Translations under genes and position numbers: made by a program | Shown: piece by piece, positions 39,442 to 52,363 of the stretch | How positions within the stretch are numbered: position 1 is the first letter of the stretch | Layout: each line of letters starts with the position of its first letter | Notes under the pieces: model-generated | Databases searched by the model: none | What the model was told of the DNA's origin: nothing | The model's input: the letters and a program-made list of their open reading frames with translations, nothing else | From: Selaginella moellendorffii | Lineage: Eukaryota; Plantae; Lycopodiophyta | Length of the DNA: 64,000 bases | NCBI RefSeq assembly: GCF_000143415.4 | Contig: NW_003314316.1 | Location: 688,669 to 752,668 of the forward strand | Direction of reading: 5' to 3'

Positions 39442-42400
39442 TATGAGACACATATCCCTAACCCCAAAGTGGAGTCAAAAGGGTGCTATGTGGTAGTAGC
39501 TGAGGTGGAAGTCAAACAAATGTAACACATTTGGAATAAAATACTCCAACTTGAAAAAGTCAAGAGCGGGAGTGAAACCTCAATGAGGTGCTCGAGGACC
39601 GAGCTTGAAGTGAGAAACAAAGGAGTCTTTAGAAAAGGGGACACAAGAAAAAAGGACACAAAAGGACCAACAAATGACACGTCGAAGAGTCTGAGATGGA
39701 CCTGAGATGGAGTCCGAGATGAACCCGAGATGGAGCCTAGATGAAGTCCGAGATGAAATCCAAAATGGAGTTCGAGATGGACTCGAGATGGACCCGAGAT
39801 GGAGTCTAAGATGGACCTGAGGTGGAGTCCGAGATGGACCTGAGATGGACCCAAGATGGACCCGAGATGAAGTCCAAGATGGACCCAAGATGGAGTCCAA
39901 GATGGAACCAAGACCGAGACCGAGACTGAGTTCGAGTATAAAACCGAGACCGAGACCAAGTCCGATTCAAGTTGTTGGGTGAAAGCCTAAAGCGATCGTC
40001 CCTTAGGCGGTGGTGGGGGGGCGCTGCAAGCAATTTTAGTTGAGGATGGTGCTTATGAATTTGAGACCAGAATTAATGACCGTGACAGGTTAAATACAGA
40101 TAAGGACATAAATCCTTGAAATGGTAGCCGGGGTTACCGTTTATAAATGCTGGAAGAAACCCAAGGAGTTGGGGGTGTACTTAGAGGATGAATTGGTATT
40201 CTCATTATAAGGACAAATAGTCCTAAGGGGTAAAAGTAGCCCACAGGGAACAAAAAATAATCAAGTGTTGAAATAACACTTGCAAAAATGGTTCTTATGA
40301 GTAAAACATGAATACAAGAAGTTGTATTCCAGCGAGCTGGCATCTCAAAAGTAGGACTTTGTGGGTCATTGGATTAGCAAAGTCCAAAGATGCTAGATGA
40401 CTCAAGTGGAGTCAAGGAATGGTCCTAAGAGATTGATAAAAACATTTGGATTGAGGTATGTTGTGCCTCACGATGGATAGGAAGGATTATAAAATTCAAG
40501 TATGAGAATAGTGGGTATCTCATTAATAGCAGAATATACTATACTAAAGTTGTGGGAAAGGTGTTCCCAGAAAAAACAACTTTGACACAAAACTGTATGT
40601 AAACATTATAATGTAGTGCTAATGAATAGTTAACATGAGAAACAATTGTATTAGTCTTGGCAAAGACCCAGACATAAGTAAAAAGTGTTATAAAGATAGG
40701 CTCGTGGAGCCAATGGTATAAAAACACCGAATGTGCCAAGGTGTGATGCCTTGAGGTCAAGTTGGCAAGTTCATGAGAACCCCTTCCCAAAGGAATCCTA
40801 ATGAAAATGGAAATGGCATAACCTAAGTTGAAAGGCATGCAGTTAGAGTGTGGTGATCCAAATAATAATAGAGGTGTGGAAGCACCAACAATGAGTTGTA
40901 AGATTTGACAATTATAAAGCAACTAAACAAAAGGTGCAAAGTAATTGATTGAATTGGTAAAAGATAATTACCTAAGACTTCTTATTGGGATAAAGAAGTT
41001 AGAGATACCCTTATAAGGGATAAATTGTTTATGTTGCGATGTAATAAATCAATGTCGTGAAAGGAATATTTATTGTCAAAGAAGTCCATCATTAAGACAC
41101 TAAAACACTCTAAAACACCAGGAAATGGTGTTTGGTATCATAAGGATATTAGATAAGGCCTAAGGGACAAAGTCCTTAGCAAATGATGGATAAGAAGTGT
41201 TATCCAGCTTCTAAAGTTGTAGAGACGGGAGAAATCTATTTATTCAAATTGGACAAAGCCAAAAAGGGATTTTGGCAAGGCTAGTGATAGGCATATAAAG
41301 GCCCATAAGTAGTAATGTTAATCTCGGTGTGTGGGATTACAAGGTGAACATACCCGGATTGAAGAACCACTCCCTAGGCTAAGAATGTTTGTTAAAGCAT
41401 GATAGAAAGTGCAAAGCTATCTTTTTAATTTAAAAGAGAATAACTGAAGAAAATGTGTAAAGCCAAAAGCAAATAGTAAGGGGGTAGAACTGAATCATAG
41501 GAATCAATATGCAAGTTGGGAGTGGAGAATTAAGTGGGTGCTCGAGCATATTGTTACTAACAACTGTGATGCCATGGAGTTTAAAACATAGAATTATCCA
41601 TGTTAGACCATATATCAATTAGAAAGCTTATGAAAAGAGAGGCCTTAGCAAATAAGTAACAAAGTTCCTTCAAGGTTCCCAAAGACAATTCTAAATAACT
41701 TAGTATTTAGAAAGCCAAAGTGTAAATGGTTCATAGAATGTGTGAAATCAAAGTGGCACAGCAAAAACATGGTTTTGAAGCTTGCTATAAGGCAAAGCTA
41801 TCAAGGTTGGGGAAGTAGTTTCTAAGTGTTCAAAAATATAGTTTTGAATGAAAATTGATAGTCAAGGACTTTCACACTTGCACATGAACCATGTTATGGT
41901 GGTTGGATGACTTGCTAAGCAAGATTGGCAAGTCAAGGGAACAAATACCTTAATTGATAGTGCTAACCTCAAAGGGGGTGGCCCATGGGGCCAAGTATGG
42001 AAGAGTCTATGCATGATTACAAACTTGTCAAGTGAGAGGATTTGACTGTATGAAGGAACTAGGTTCCTAAACTGTGATTTATAACACACTTTAAGTATAA
42101 GTTGGTGCACCAGCGTAGGGAGTCATGCCAGGCATTTTGGGTGATGCCATTCGTAGATGCATATACAAAGGTTGGGTTTGAGTCCTAACCCTTTAGTACA
42201 TGGGTTCGAGTCCTAACTCACTAGGACGTAGTGATAGTTTAGAATATGAGGACATTCATTTTTCAGTGGTCATAAACTCTTAAGAAAGAGACTGGCTTGG
42301 GCATATTGCCAAGTGGGGGATGCTTCGAAGTTGTGATGCACAGTTAAATTGCTTAGTATGGCTCAACATATTTAACTTGAACACTTTGGTGTAAATAGCA

Positions 42401-45174
42401 CCAAGGACGTAGTGAATAAGATGGGGACATCTAATCTTAGTTGCTATGGACCCTTGGCTAGAAGGGCTAGCTTGGGCGCACCACTAAGTGTGGGGGATGC
42501 CCCCGGTGTCATGGTCAACAACTTAAATGTCTGGAAGGTCTAGTACCTATTGGCAAACCTGTTAAGGTGTTAAGGGTAGATTGCTAAATGATCTTATAGC
42601 TAAGCAAAGATAAGGTCCTTATGAGGTTAAAGAATAAGGTTCCTAGTTCGAAGTTTTGATTTGAACTATAGATAATAGTATAGCTTGGTCAAGGTGACGA
42701 AGTGGGAAGGACACCTAAAAGGAAACCAATTGTGCTAATATGATAGTATAATGAATCTAAGAAAGTAGTCTCTAGGAAAGACCCATGGGAGGGTCACAAA
42801 GTTGGGCTATCGATAGAGCCCATAACAGAAAATGCTAAAAAGACCTACTAGGGGTGAGCACCCTCTAGACTTGGCAAAATAAAGCCTTTGCCATGGAACC
42901 AAAAAGATACTTCAAAAATGGAGGTAGTGATCCTATATTGCTTAGTGCAATAATCAACAGATATGAGCAAAAAGCTAGTGGCTAGCCATGGGAATCATGG
43001 GAAAGAATCCAAATGACAAAATTAGGCTAGAAACACTAATGTGTTAGATGTTAACAAATATTGAGAAAGGCAATGTGTTTCCAAAGATGGATTCCCAATT
43101 GCACCAATTTGGCAAAAGTGGAAGCTCCAAGGGAGGGAGCAGTAAAGTACCCAAATGATAGGGCCATGGATAACCCTAACATAAATTATAATAACTGGAA
43201 CTTAGTGCCAAAGATGGTAAAAAATAGAAAAGAGGATAATAGTGTCCTCAAATAGAGAACTTCCTAGGATAGGGAAGTGAAATTTGCATAATATGTGCAA
43301 TGCAAAGTGTTGGAGACACTTAGGGAATTGACTTCAAGAAGTCAAACTTAAAAGTTTCAAATTGGAAAAAGTTATATCGATGGAAACTAAAACTTCTTGA
43401 GAATGAATAGTGGGATGAGAGGGTGTCACTAACAGGTTTAACGAGAACTAAACTAATAAAAGGAAAGAACCACCACAAGTGGTCGAATGAATCTTTAAGT
43501 TGGAGAGATTATGCTTCCTAGAGGATAGACAAAGCATGGTGAGCCTTCGGTGTCAAACCATTGACAAATATTGGCTAAGTGCCAAGGATGGAAAGGGTAA
43601 TACATGCTAGTATTACTTTATAAAATAGTTTATTGTTCAATGAGGACATCGAACTTTGTCTATGGGTGGTGGAGTGGTAAGACACAAATCCCTAAGCCCT
43701 AAAGTGGAGCCAAAAGGGTGCCACGTGGTAGTGGCTAAGGTGGAAGCCAAATGAGTGTAACATATTTGGACTAAAACTCTCCAACTCGAAAAGGTTGAGA
43801 GCGGGAGTGGAACCCTCAACAAAGTGCTCAGGGACCAAGTTTGAAGTGAGAAATAAGTGAGTTTAGAAAAGGGGACACAAGAGGACCAACATATAACATG
43901 TAGAAGAGTCCGAGATGGACCCGAGATGGAATCCGAGATAGACCCGAAATGGACCCTAGATGGAGTCCGAGATGGACCCGAGATGGAGTCCGAGATGGAC
44001 TCGAGATGGAGTTCGAGATGGAGTCTGAGATGGACCCGAGATGGAGTCTGAGATGGAACAAAGACCGAGACAGAGTCCAAGTCCGAAACTAAGACTGAGA
44101 CCGAGTCTAAGTCCGAGTCCAAGTCTAAGTCTGAATATTAATACAAGCTGTTGGGTGAAAGCCTAAAGCGATCATCCCCCAAGGGGGGGGGGGGGGGGGG
44201 GGGCTTCAAAAGTGCAAAGGGTTCCAAAATTTTATAAGGGGAGGGGGGGGGGTTGGCCCCTAAAAAACCCATTTTGGCCAAAAAAGGCTTTTTTGCCCCA
44301 AAAAGGTTGTACCCAGGTGTTGGGTGATGAGATAACCATTGGGAAGTCCAAAGTTATAGTAAATATGGACTGACAAGCAGGGTAGTTTGGTAAAGTGTTC
44401 AAGAGCCAGCTTTAATTCCCCCGGGAGATCGAATAGTCGATGCTCCCAATCCAAGCATAAGTGGCACTACCTACTTAGATACCTGGCGTGGCTCAACGAA
44501 ACCTCACTCTAAGCCCATATCTAGAGCACCCAAAGGCAAAAGGCAAGGAGAGTACCCATAAGGCTTGCATAGGGTCACGGTGTTCTAAAATGTTGTCCCA
44601 GAGTCCCAGATAGTGGAAAGGAAGAGGAGCAATCCTTTGGTGTAGTGAGCAAGGATGCGGTCACATGACAAGGAAGTCCTAGAGAACAAAAGGACTTGGT
44701 CAAGCCTGTGGGCCTTGATTCAATAGTAGTGTTGGCAAACACGGCCATGGATAGAAAAGGATTTGGTGGGGACTGAAAAAAGGATATTAGGGAAAGCTAT
44801 TCCCCATGTCTACAGGCATTCTAAGGATGTTAAGAAGTGGATATGGGATGACCACTCATGGACAAATGACCTAATCTTTAAGAGATGGGACTATGATGTA
44901 GTTGGTGTTGGATCACCAATGTGACAAAGGTGAATAGACACGGCCTTAGTGTAACAGGCTGATATATCAGTGGTACTTTTGGGTGTCGATCATGGGACCA
45001 GACACGTGGAGCACTTGGAATAAGTGCAAAGGTTAAGTGGCATGGATGCCATTCTTGGGGCTAACAAACCCTAAGTCTTGAATTGAACTTTTTGAGGTTG
45101 TGAATGAGACTCCTCTAAGTGGTTAAAGGTGTGGTTAAGTGACTAAAGTAGAATGGAAAAATTAGTCGCTTACA
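39442..45174 (+). mobile_element. Older family A element with perfect 5-bp TSD (CATAT); 5' LTR truncated at ~40025 with PBS region deleted; 3' LTR 43676-45174
   Basis: CATAT at 39437-39441 and 45175-45179; empty site at ~19210; reverse-complement homology to 449-4220; heavy G>A/C>T decay. Confidence 0.9.
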
Positions 45175-45179
45175 CATAT

Positions 45180-45820
45180 TTGACTCTGCATGAAGCAAGA
45201 AGTTATGGAAACAAATGCTATATTGCATCATTGATTCAAATGGCTCTTTGACGAAAACGATGCAATTGTTAGAAAGTATCATCACAATCATCAGCATGTC
45301 TAAATACTCGTTTGAAAACATCTGAGAGAATGCTCCAATCCGCACGAGTGGTTGCACTCAAGCCATTGTATCACTGCAGTGTCGTCCCTTGGAGACATGT
45401 GGGAAATTCATGTAAACGCTAAGCATATCCTAAGAATGATATGTGGCAATCACCATAAAGTGATTAAACCAATAGTATATATCATCCCCAGGATTCCTAT
45501 GGAATAACTCCAATTGAACATAAAAATTGGCAGCAAGAATAGGAGGAACTGTACCATGCACCATAAGTGCCACCATCAATTGAATTTGGTTGTTCAATTG
45601 CAATTACATAGCATCAAGCAATTGCACTAACTATTATTCTAAAATCAAAAGAGGAGGAGACTATTACTCTGCCATGAAGATGAATGAAAAAGGAAAGAAC
45701 AAAAGAAAAAAAAATGAAAAAAGTAAAAGGAAAAGAAAATTTAGATAATGCAAAAACTAAATCCAAACCAAAATCCCAAATTTAAACACTCTACAAGGAC
45801 GATCAAAAGTGCTCCTCACT
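45180..45820 (-). mobile_element. Gypsy gag relic, right duplicate part 3
   Basis: Collinear with ~19215-19381 and 19692-20135. Confidence 0.75.
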
Positions 45821-45885
45821 GTGAGTGTATAAAATATGGAAGTGGAATATAAAAATATATATATCAATTAACCCAAAAACCCTAA

Positions 45886-46147
45886 TCTATAATAATAAGA
45901 ACGAAAAACCCACACCCCCGCAGCCGTCCGATCCCAGGCCCGGGGCAGCCTCGGAAGCCATGGTTCTCGGCAAGGGGAAGCCAGCCCAGGCTCGGGCCAG
46001 GGCCGGTGGCCATGGTTAGTGGGAATATCGGCTCAATGTTGTGGTGGCCAATGGGCAGGATGCATGTGTGGCCGGGAAGGGAAGAGGGCGTGGTGACAAA
46101 TGTTACACCATGCACTTGCACCACAGCATTTGCTGGGCAAGTACTCG
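45886..46147 (+). mobile_element. Small non-autonomous Helitron-like element (262 bp)
   Basis: A|TC start, subterminal hairpin CAGCATTTGCTG, end CTCG|T, no TSD; absent from the paralogous site at ~20205. Confidence 0.65.
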
Positions 46148-46372
46148 TTTATATATAAGAACGAATGATAGTTATTAAAATCCCACTATGCTAATATTAA
46201 TATACAGCACTTTAACCTCACACATTTAAATTTCCATTATCTTTTATTTTTGGGTTTGGGTTTAAAATTTTTTGGCAAAAGATTCTAAATCAAGATTCCA
46301 TTAGGGCTTATAAAACTTGCAGAATATATGAAGTTTTGTCCCGCGCGAGCGAGGGAGGGCATTCTTGGAGTC

Positions 46373-46908
46373 ATGGCGGGGGCGGCGCCTCTGGATTTTC
46401 GATTCCTCGACGAGGGGCTAGGCGGCGCCAAGAACAAGAAGCACAAGCGCGATGCCGATCAGGCGGCGATGGATGTGGAGGAGCAGTGGCAGGAGGAGAC
46501 GGCAGGCTTTGGACCAGAGCCTCGTCCTGCTTGGATGAGGGAGATTCCAGGCCCGTCTACGGTAAGCCCAGCTACGACAGCGTGATCGCGGGGAAGGTGT
46601 CAGGGCGCAAGTGGAAGGAGGTGAAGACGTGCCGCGCGTCGGCGCTGTGGGTCGAGGGCAGCAGCCTGGAGGAGCGCGCCAAGGCCAAGCGCATCGCGGC
46701 AGAGTTCCGGGAGCGCAAGCAGCAGCTCAAGGAGCAAATCCGGGCCAACAAGGTGGAGAAGCGAAAGAGGCTGGAGGAGTACAAGAAGAGGAAGGAGGAA
46801 AACGTGAAGAAGTCGGGGTTGAAGCTCCAGAAGGTGACCAACCTCAAGAAACTCCAGAAAATGTCCAAGAGGGAAAAGAAGAAATTGGTGGCACAGCACG
46901 GCAATTAA
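46373..46908 (+). pseudogene. CCDC86/CGR1-like gene (right duplicate) with one apparent frameshift near 46500-46540
   Basis: N-terminal MAGAAPLDFRFLDEGLGG frame differs from the C-terminal GKPSYD...KKLV frame. Confidence 0.7.
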
Positions 46909-47654
46909 AGGTGGCAGTGTGTCGCACAGATCTGCGAGAGAAAGTAAGTGCTAGACTCGATTGTTAGATCGATCGATAGTTTTATTTTTTCTCTCCTGTT
47001 TTTTGTCGCTTTAATTCCTTGTTGTTGCCTGAGAAGGACCAGAGATTATCGCCGGGCTCTTCTCTCAGACCGATCAGCGAAAAAGAAAGCAAAGAAAGAA
47101 AAAACAATTCTAGAGCCTCGGATGTTGCAGTAGATGGAAGGCCCAGCTACTCATGCAAGTGAGCTACAGTGGTGTTGATTTCCTCAACGTTTAGAACAGC
47201 TCTTCTCCACTCGTTACTTGACTTTCGGCTGGCTCGATTTGGCTCGGCTCGGCTGCTTTAAAGGTTCCTACTGGTTTCCTGATTGGACGGACAAAATCCA
47301 AACTTCCAGTGGTGTTGGAACCCAAGAGAAAGTCATAACCTTTTCATCCACTTAGAAGAAAGCAGGAGAGCAACTAGGCAACGAGAGACAAACTCGCCAA
47401 CATTTCATTAGATGTACACAATAAATACAGCAGCCGCCACAGCAGTAACAGCAGCAGCACAGGGAAGAAGAAGAAGAAAAACACCAAGAGAGATGATGTC
47501 AGAAAAAAATGGATGAACCGGCAAGAGATCTCGAAATCTTTGAACGTCCCGTGTCGCGTTCTGAGAAAAGGAAGGAGAAGCTGAAGAGAAACACAAGAAG
47601 TGTGCTCGCTCGCTGACCCGCTCGTTTGATCGAGAGCTAGCGAGTTAGCGCAGC

Positions 47655-49826
47655 TCAAAAACTGGGCGTTCCGGACCAGCCATCGAGACACTTCAACAAG
47701 GGAGCAACAAGCTTCCCCTGGCAGATGGCATCGTAGACTTTGGTGAAGTCCTCGCCGGGCGTTCCACTCTTGGTCCCCATGAGCAGCGCAGTTCCAGCAC
47801 CTTTCCTCACAAACTCATACAGCGGCGCCGAGGCACAGTCGAAGATCCGGTTTGGCAGCACCGCGTTACCGCTCTCGTACGCCTCCCTGGCCGCCGGGAC
47901 CTCGACACTCAACGCCGCCTTGAGCTCCTCCTCGAACAGCCCGATCTTGTGCAACACCGAGGAGCTCTCGTCCCCGATGTTCTTCAAGGCGTGCTCGACG
48001 AGAACCTGGCGGAGCTTCTGCATGAGCGGGTATCCAGCGCTGGCCGGATCATCGATGTAGGTGAAGACGTGCTGGTTGTCCACCACGGACAGGAGCTCCT
48101 TCTCGCAGAAGCGCGACGGCAGCAGCGCTCCGGCAGCTCCGGTGGTGACCGTGTTCTTAGCGGCGTGAGAGACGGTCTGCTTCACAGTGGCTTGCAAGTT
48201 CTCCTCGAGGTGGCGGAGGTCGATGGCCTGGCACAATGCCACCAGATACGTCGACGACATGAGCTTGAGGATGTCGAGAGCTTCCACCGTCTTGCGAGCG
48301 GAGACGAGGCCGAGAGAGTTCACGTCCTGGTTGTGCTGCTCGGCGCTCTGGACGTGGGTGGTGACCGGGTTGGCCAGGTACTGGAGCTCCGAGGTGTACG
48401 AGGCCATGGCGATCTCGGCACCTTTGAAACCATAGTCCAAGCTCGGGTTGGATCCGCCGCTCAAGTTGGAAGGCAGGCCGTTGTTGTAGAAGTCATTGAC
48501 GAGCTCCGAGAACTGCGCGAACATGAGTTTCCCGATGGCCGCCACCGCCAAGCGCAAGTTATCCATGGACACACCGATGGGCGTCCCCTGGAAGTTCCCG
48601 CCGTGGAGGGCCTTGTCGCGAGCAACATCGATGATCGGGTTGTCATTCACGGAGTTGATCTCGCGCTGGATGGAGTGAGTGGCGTGGCGGATGACTTCGA
48701 TCTGGGGGCCGAGCCACTGCGGGGAGGTGCGCAGCGCGTAGCGGTCCTGCTTGGGCTTCTTGAGGGAGTCGGTCTCGTGGAGCTTGGCGGCGGCCTTCAT
48801 GTAGGAGCTCCCGGCGAGGACATGTTCCATGATGGCGGCGGCCTCGATCTGGCCGGGGTGGTGCTTGAGCTTGTGCGTCAGCGGATCCGTGAACTCGGGC
48901 TTGCCTTGCATCGCCTCGCAGAACATCGCGGACAGGATCTCGGCCAGGAGCGCCAGGACGTTGGCGTCGAAGCAGGCGATGGAGGCCACCGCCGCGCCGA
49001 CTGCCGTGCCGTTGACGATGGCGAAGCCTTCCTTGGGCTGGAGCTCGAACGGCTGCTCCACGCCGACGAGCTTGAGCGCCTCGGCGCTGGTGACGACCTT
49101 CCCATCCGGCAAGACGGCGCGCACGTTGGATCGGCCGCTGAGCAGCCCGGCAATGTAGCTGAGAGGGACGAGATCGCCGGAGGCAGTGATCGTCCCTCGG
49201 AGTGGGATCCGCGCCACGATGCCCGAGTTGACGAGCTTCTCCATGGCGGACAGGATCTCCCACCGGATGCCCGAGTAGCCCTGGAGGAGCGTGTTGGTGC
49301 GCACCAGCATCGCGGCGCGCGCGAAGGCCAGCGGGAGAACGTTGGTCGAATCGTCGTCGCTGAAGATCCCGGCGTTGAGGACGCGGATGAGCTCGCGCTG
49401 GAGCCCCACGCCCTGGTTGATCCGGCGGTGGGAGGTGGCGCCGAATCCAGTCGTGACACCGTAGATGTCGGTCCCCTTCATCGCATTGTCGAGTACCCAG
49501 TTGGAGCTCTCGTCCACCCTCTTCTTGGCGGCGGCGGAATCCAAGCGTACCTGGGCGCCGCGCTTGGCCACTGCCGCCACCTGGGCGATGGTGAGCGTGG
49601 TGCCCTCGATCGAGAAGCTGGGCTTGGCGGCGCCGTAGACGGTGTGGACCATCTCGCGGACCTCCTCGAGGTGGCTACCCGACATCGCCGCCGCGGCCTT
49701 CTTCCAGCTGAGGGGATCGGATGTGTCGTAGCGCGGAGTGGAATTGGGGAGGCAGAGCGTGGGATCTGGCGACACCCGGACGAGCGGCGAGTAGGAGGAG
49801 GTTGTGTCGCTGCCGTTGGCCACCAT
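47655..49826 (-). CDS. PAL: Phenylalanine ammonia-lyase-like (MIO enzyme), intronless, 723 aa, catalytic residues intact
   Basis: [37 protein letters not shown]; ATG at 49826. Confidence 0.97.
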   Translation of the reverse strand: MVANGSDTTSSYSPLVRVSPDPTLCLPNSTPRYDTSDPLSWKKAAAAMSGSHLEEVREMVHTVYGAAKPSFSIEGTTLTIAQVAAVAKRGAQVRLDSAAAKKRVDESSNWVLDNAMKGTDIYGVTTGFGATSHRRINQGVGLQRELIRVLNAGIFSDDDSTNVLPLAFARAAMLVRTNTLLQGYSGIRWEILSAMEKLVNSGIVARIPLRGTITASGDLVPLSYIAGLLSGRSNVRAVLPDGKVVTSAEALKLVGVEQPFELQPKEGFAIVNGTAVGAAVASIACFDANVLALLAEILSAMFCEAMQGKPEFTDPLTHKLKHHPGQIEAAAIMEHVLAGSSYMKAAAKLHETDSLKKPKQDRYALRTSPQWLGPQIEVIRHATHSIQREINSVNDNPIIDVARDKALHGGNFQGTPIGVSMDNLRLAVAAIGKLMFAQFSELVNDFYNNGLPSNLSGGSNPSLDYGFKGAEIAMASYTSELQYLANPVTTHVQSAEQHNQDVNSLGLVSARKTVEALDILKLMSSTYLVALCQAIDLRHLEENLQATVKQTVSHAAKNTVTTGAAGALLPSRFCEKELLSVVDNQHVFTYIDDPASAGYPLMQKLRQVLVEHALKNIGDESSSVLHKIGLFEEELKAALSVEVPAAREAYESGNAVLPNRIFDCASAPLYEFVRKGAGTALLMGTKSGTPGEDFTKVYDAICQGKLVAPLLKCLDGWSGTPSF

Positions 49827-50685
49827 TTTCGCTTCTTCCCCTGGATCGATCGATCGATTGAGGGAGGATTTGTCTAGCTCCTGCAGCAGGGGAGGAATGA
49901 GAAGCCCAAATTGAGAGCGCCGGTAAATCGAGCTCCTGCCAATGCACAAGACGAGGATGCGTGGAATCGATTGCCCGGCCTTGCCCTGTTCTCCGATCGA
50001 ATCGTCCTCTCTCTCGGATCAAATCGAATGTTTGCGCTCTTCTTTGTGTGTTCTTCTTCTTTTGTGCGTTGGAAAAAGAGAGAAGAGAGAACACTGATCC
50101 GTGCCAGCGTTTGAACTTCCCTTTATACCCGCGCTGCCGCCCTCGGATGAGGGCCCATCCGACGGCTGCGCGGTCATGGCCATGGCCATGACTGGCATGA
50201 TGTATGCCTCGAGAATATTCTGGGCCGGACCAACCTACGGATGGGCGGCAACCGCGGCGTCCAGGTGGACGGCCGGATTGTCAAGCCCACATGGCGGACG
50301 GGTGGATAGACTGGTGGGCATTGACGTGGAGCCCTAAAAGGTTGATGCATGTATGCTAATATCTATCTTTTTGTTTGGGGGTTCTCTTCTTTCTTGTGTA
50401 TGTGTGGTGTTATGTGCTGTGTGGAGAGACCAGCCATCTCCCCTCTATGTTTTGATCAATCTGAAATGCCTTAGAGTTATTTGGTTTGGTGGATCTATCT
50501 ACAGTGTTTATGCAATTTGCCTATTATAGTTCTTCAGCATGCATTGTGTAGTTTTCTCTCTTCCTTGATTTCCTAGTGGTTTCAATGCCCTATTTGTTGC
50601 TCTAACACACCACATGCTTAATAACTAAAGGGAATGACTTGACAAATAATTTATAATAGTTCAAATATAAAGGGAAAAAGGGTAT

Positions 50686-52360
50686 TTGGATTCTCAATGG
50701 TGATCCATTATGCTAAGTTTAAGTTAGTATTTTGTTTCTTTGAGAATTTGCTTATAAAGTGTTGGAAAAGGTTATAACATTCACTTGTTATAACTTGTTG
50801 GTTTATTCGTTAACACTTTGAGTAAATTGTTGGATGAAGAAGGTGTATAATTGAGGCATTGACATCGCTAGCATTTATGTTAGTGAAACTGGCATTGTTA
50901 TTTCGAGTGATGAGGAATTTTCTTTACATCTTGATTTTTCATGTCATTTTTTTTGTTAGTGTTTTGCTTTCACATTAGATCTTAAAGGTGATTGAAGAAA
51001 AGTGTTAGTGCAATGTAGATATTTGAAGATATGGTCTTCATGATCAAATCTTGGGTATTCACTTTGCATTTTACAGATGTTGATGTCGAATTTGGAAATA
51101 TGAGCATAATGTTAGCATGCTATTGAGTTATAAAAATTTGTGTTGAGGTGAACCTATATGAAGTTGTATGTAAAAGAAAGGTGGTTGAGTCTTGAAAGTT
51201 TATATTTTTAGACTAAAAATCATTCTTTCTCTAGGATGAAAATTTTTCAAAAATTTTTCTTAAACTTTTCCAATGGCTGATCTATTGATCATTTTGCTCA
51301 AAAACCATTTTGTTTTCAAAAGCCAATACAAATTAGTGAAGTGATCTTAGTTAATTTAGACCTTAGTAAATAATTTGTAAGATGCAATCTAAAAGGGATG
51401 TTAACTTTTAGGTTAAAACAATTGAGTTTGGATAGAGTCTGGAGTTGGTATAGAAAAGTGGCCATTACACTTTTCTATAAATGTGATCTTTGTGTCTTTG
51501 TTTTGTAGCATTATGTTTGGTGGCAAGTTGCATCTTGCATTTTATTAAACTCTATGAGAGTAATGAACTTTTATTGATTTTGACTTGGTCTTAGTGGCCC
51601 TACACCTTGGCTAAGGATAGTGATGTCCAACTTAGTTGTTTACAGTTAAAATGTTAGTATCCATATTATAGCCTTGTCTATGAAGAGGTTGTATACTAAT
51701 ATGAGTCCATTTCATAATTTTTACTTTAGTTTTAACTAGTTAGCCTCATCAAGATATGCTCAAAATTATTAGTTATACGTGTTTATGAGTTTATTACAAT
51801 TTAATTAGATTTGAGTGGTCATTTAATCGTGTTTATTCATGAACCTTTATCTCGTACCAAGGGTATTACATTTATATTGGAAAAATATATAACTTGATGA
51901 TATGAGTTTAGTGTTTAGATTTTATGAAAGACAAGTTAAAAAGTGATTGTTAGTTGTCTTGCAATTAGTGATTGCTTGTAAATTTTGTTAAGGACTGTTG
52001 ACACTTGCTTTGCTTAATGAAAATTTGTTAGTGATAGGTTTACTTTACTGGATGGTGTTGCAAAGGATTGTGTTATTAAACTTGTATGGTTTTTCCATAT
52101 TAGTATATCAATTCCACCTTTATCGATTTTATTTAGTTGTGTTTAATCTGTGGTGTTGGATTTCATTGAGTCTTGGATGTGATGAATCACTCATTGATGA
52201 TGTGTTATTTATAACTATATATTATTGAAGGATTAGTTTTGGATATTGAGTAAAATATTTTTGACTTTGGTTAACTTGGTTACTAAAGAGTTTTGAGTGG
52301 TGATTCACTTTTGCTTTCTTCTAGCTTTGTTTTGGTGTTGATAACATTGAAGTGATGCTT
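50686..52360. repeat. AT-rich unclassified repeat relic; 50686-51650 is an inverted homolog of 13968-14932
   Basis: Visual reverse-complement match; absent from the left duplicate; right boundary approximate. Confidence 0.55.
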
Positions 52361-52363
52361 TGT

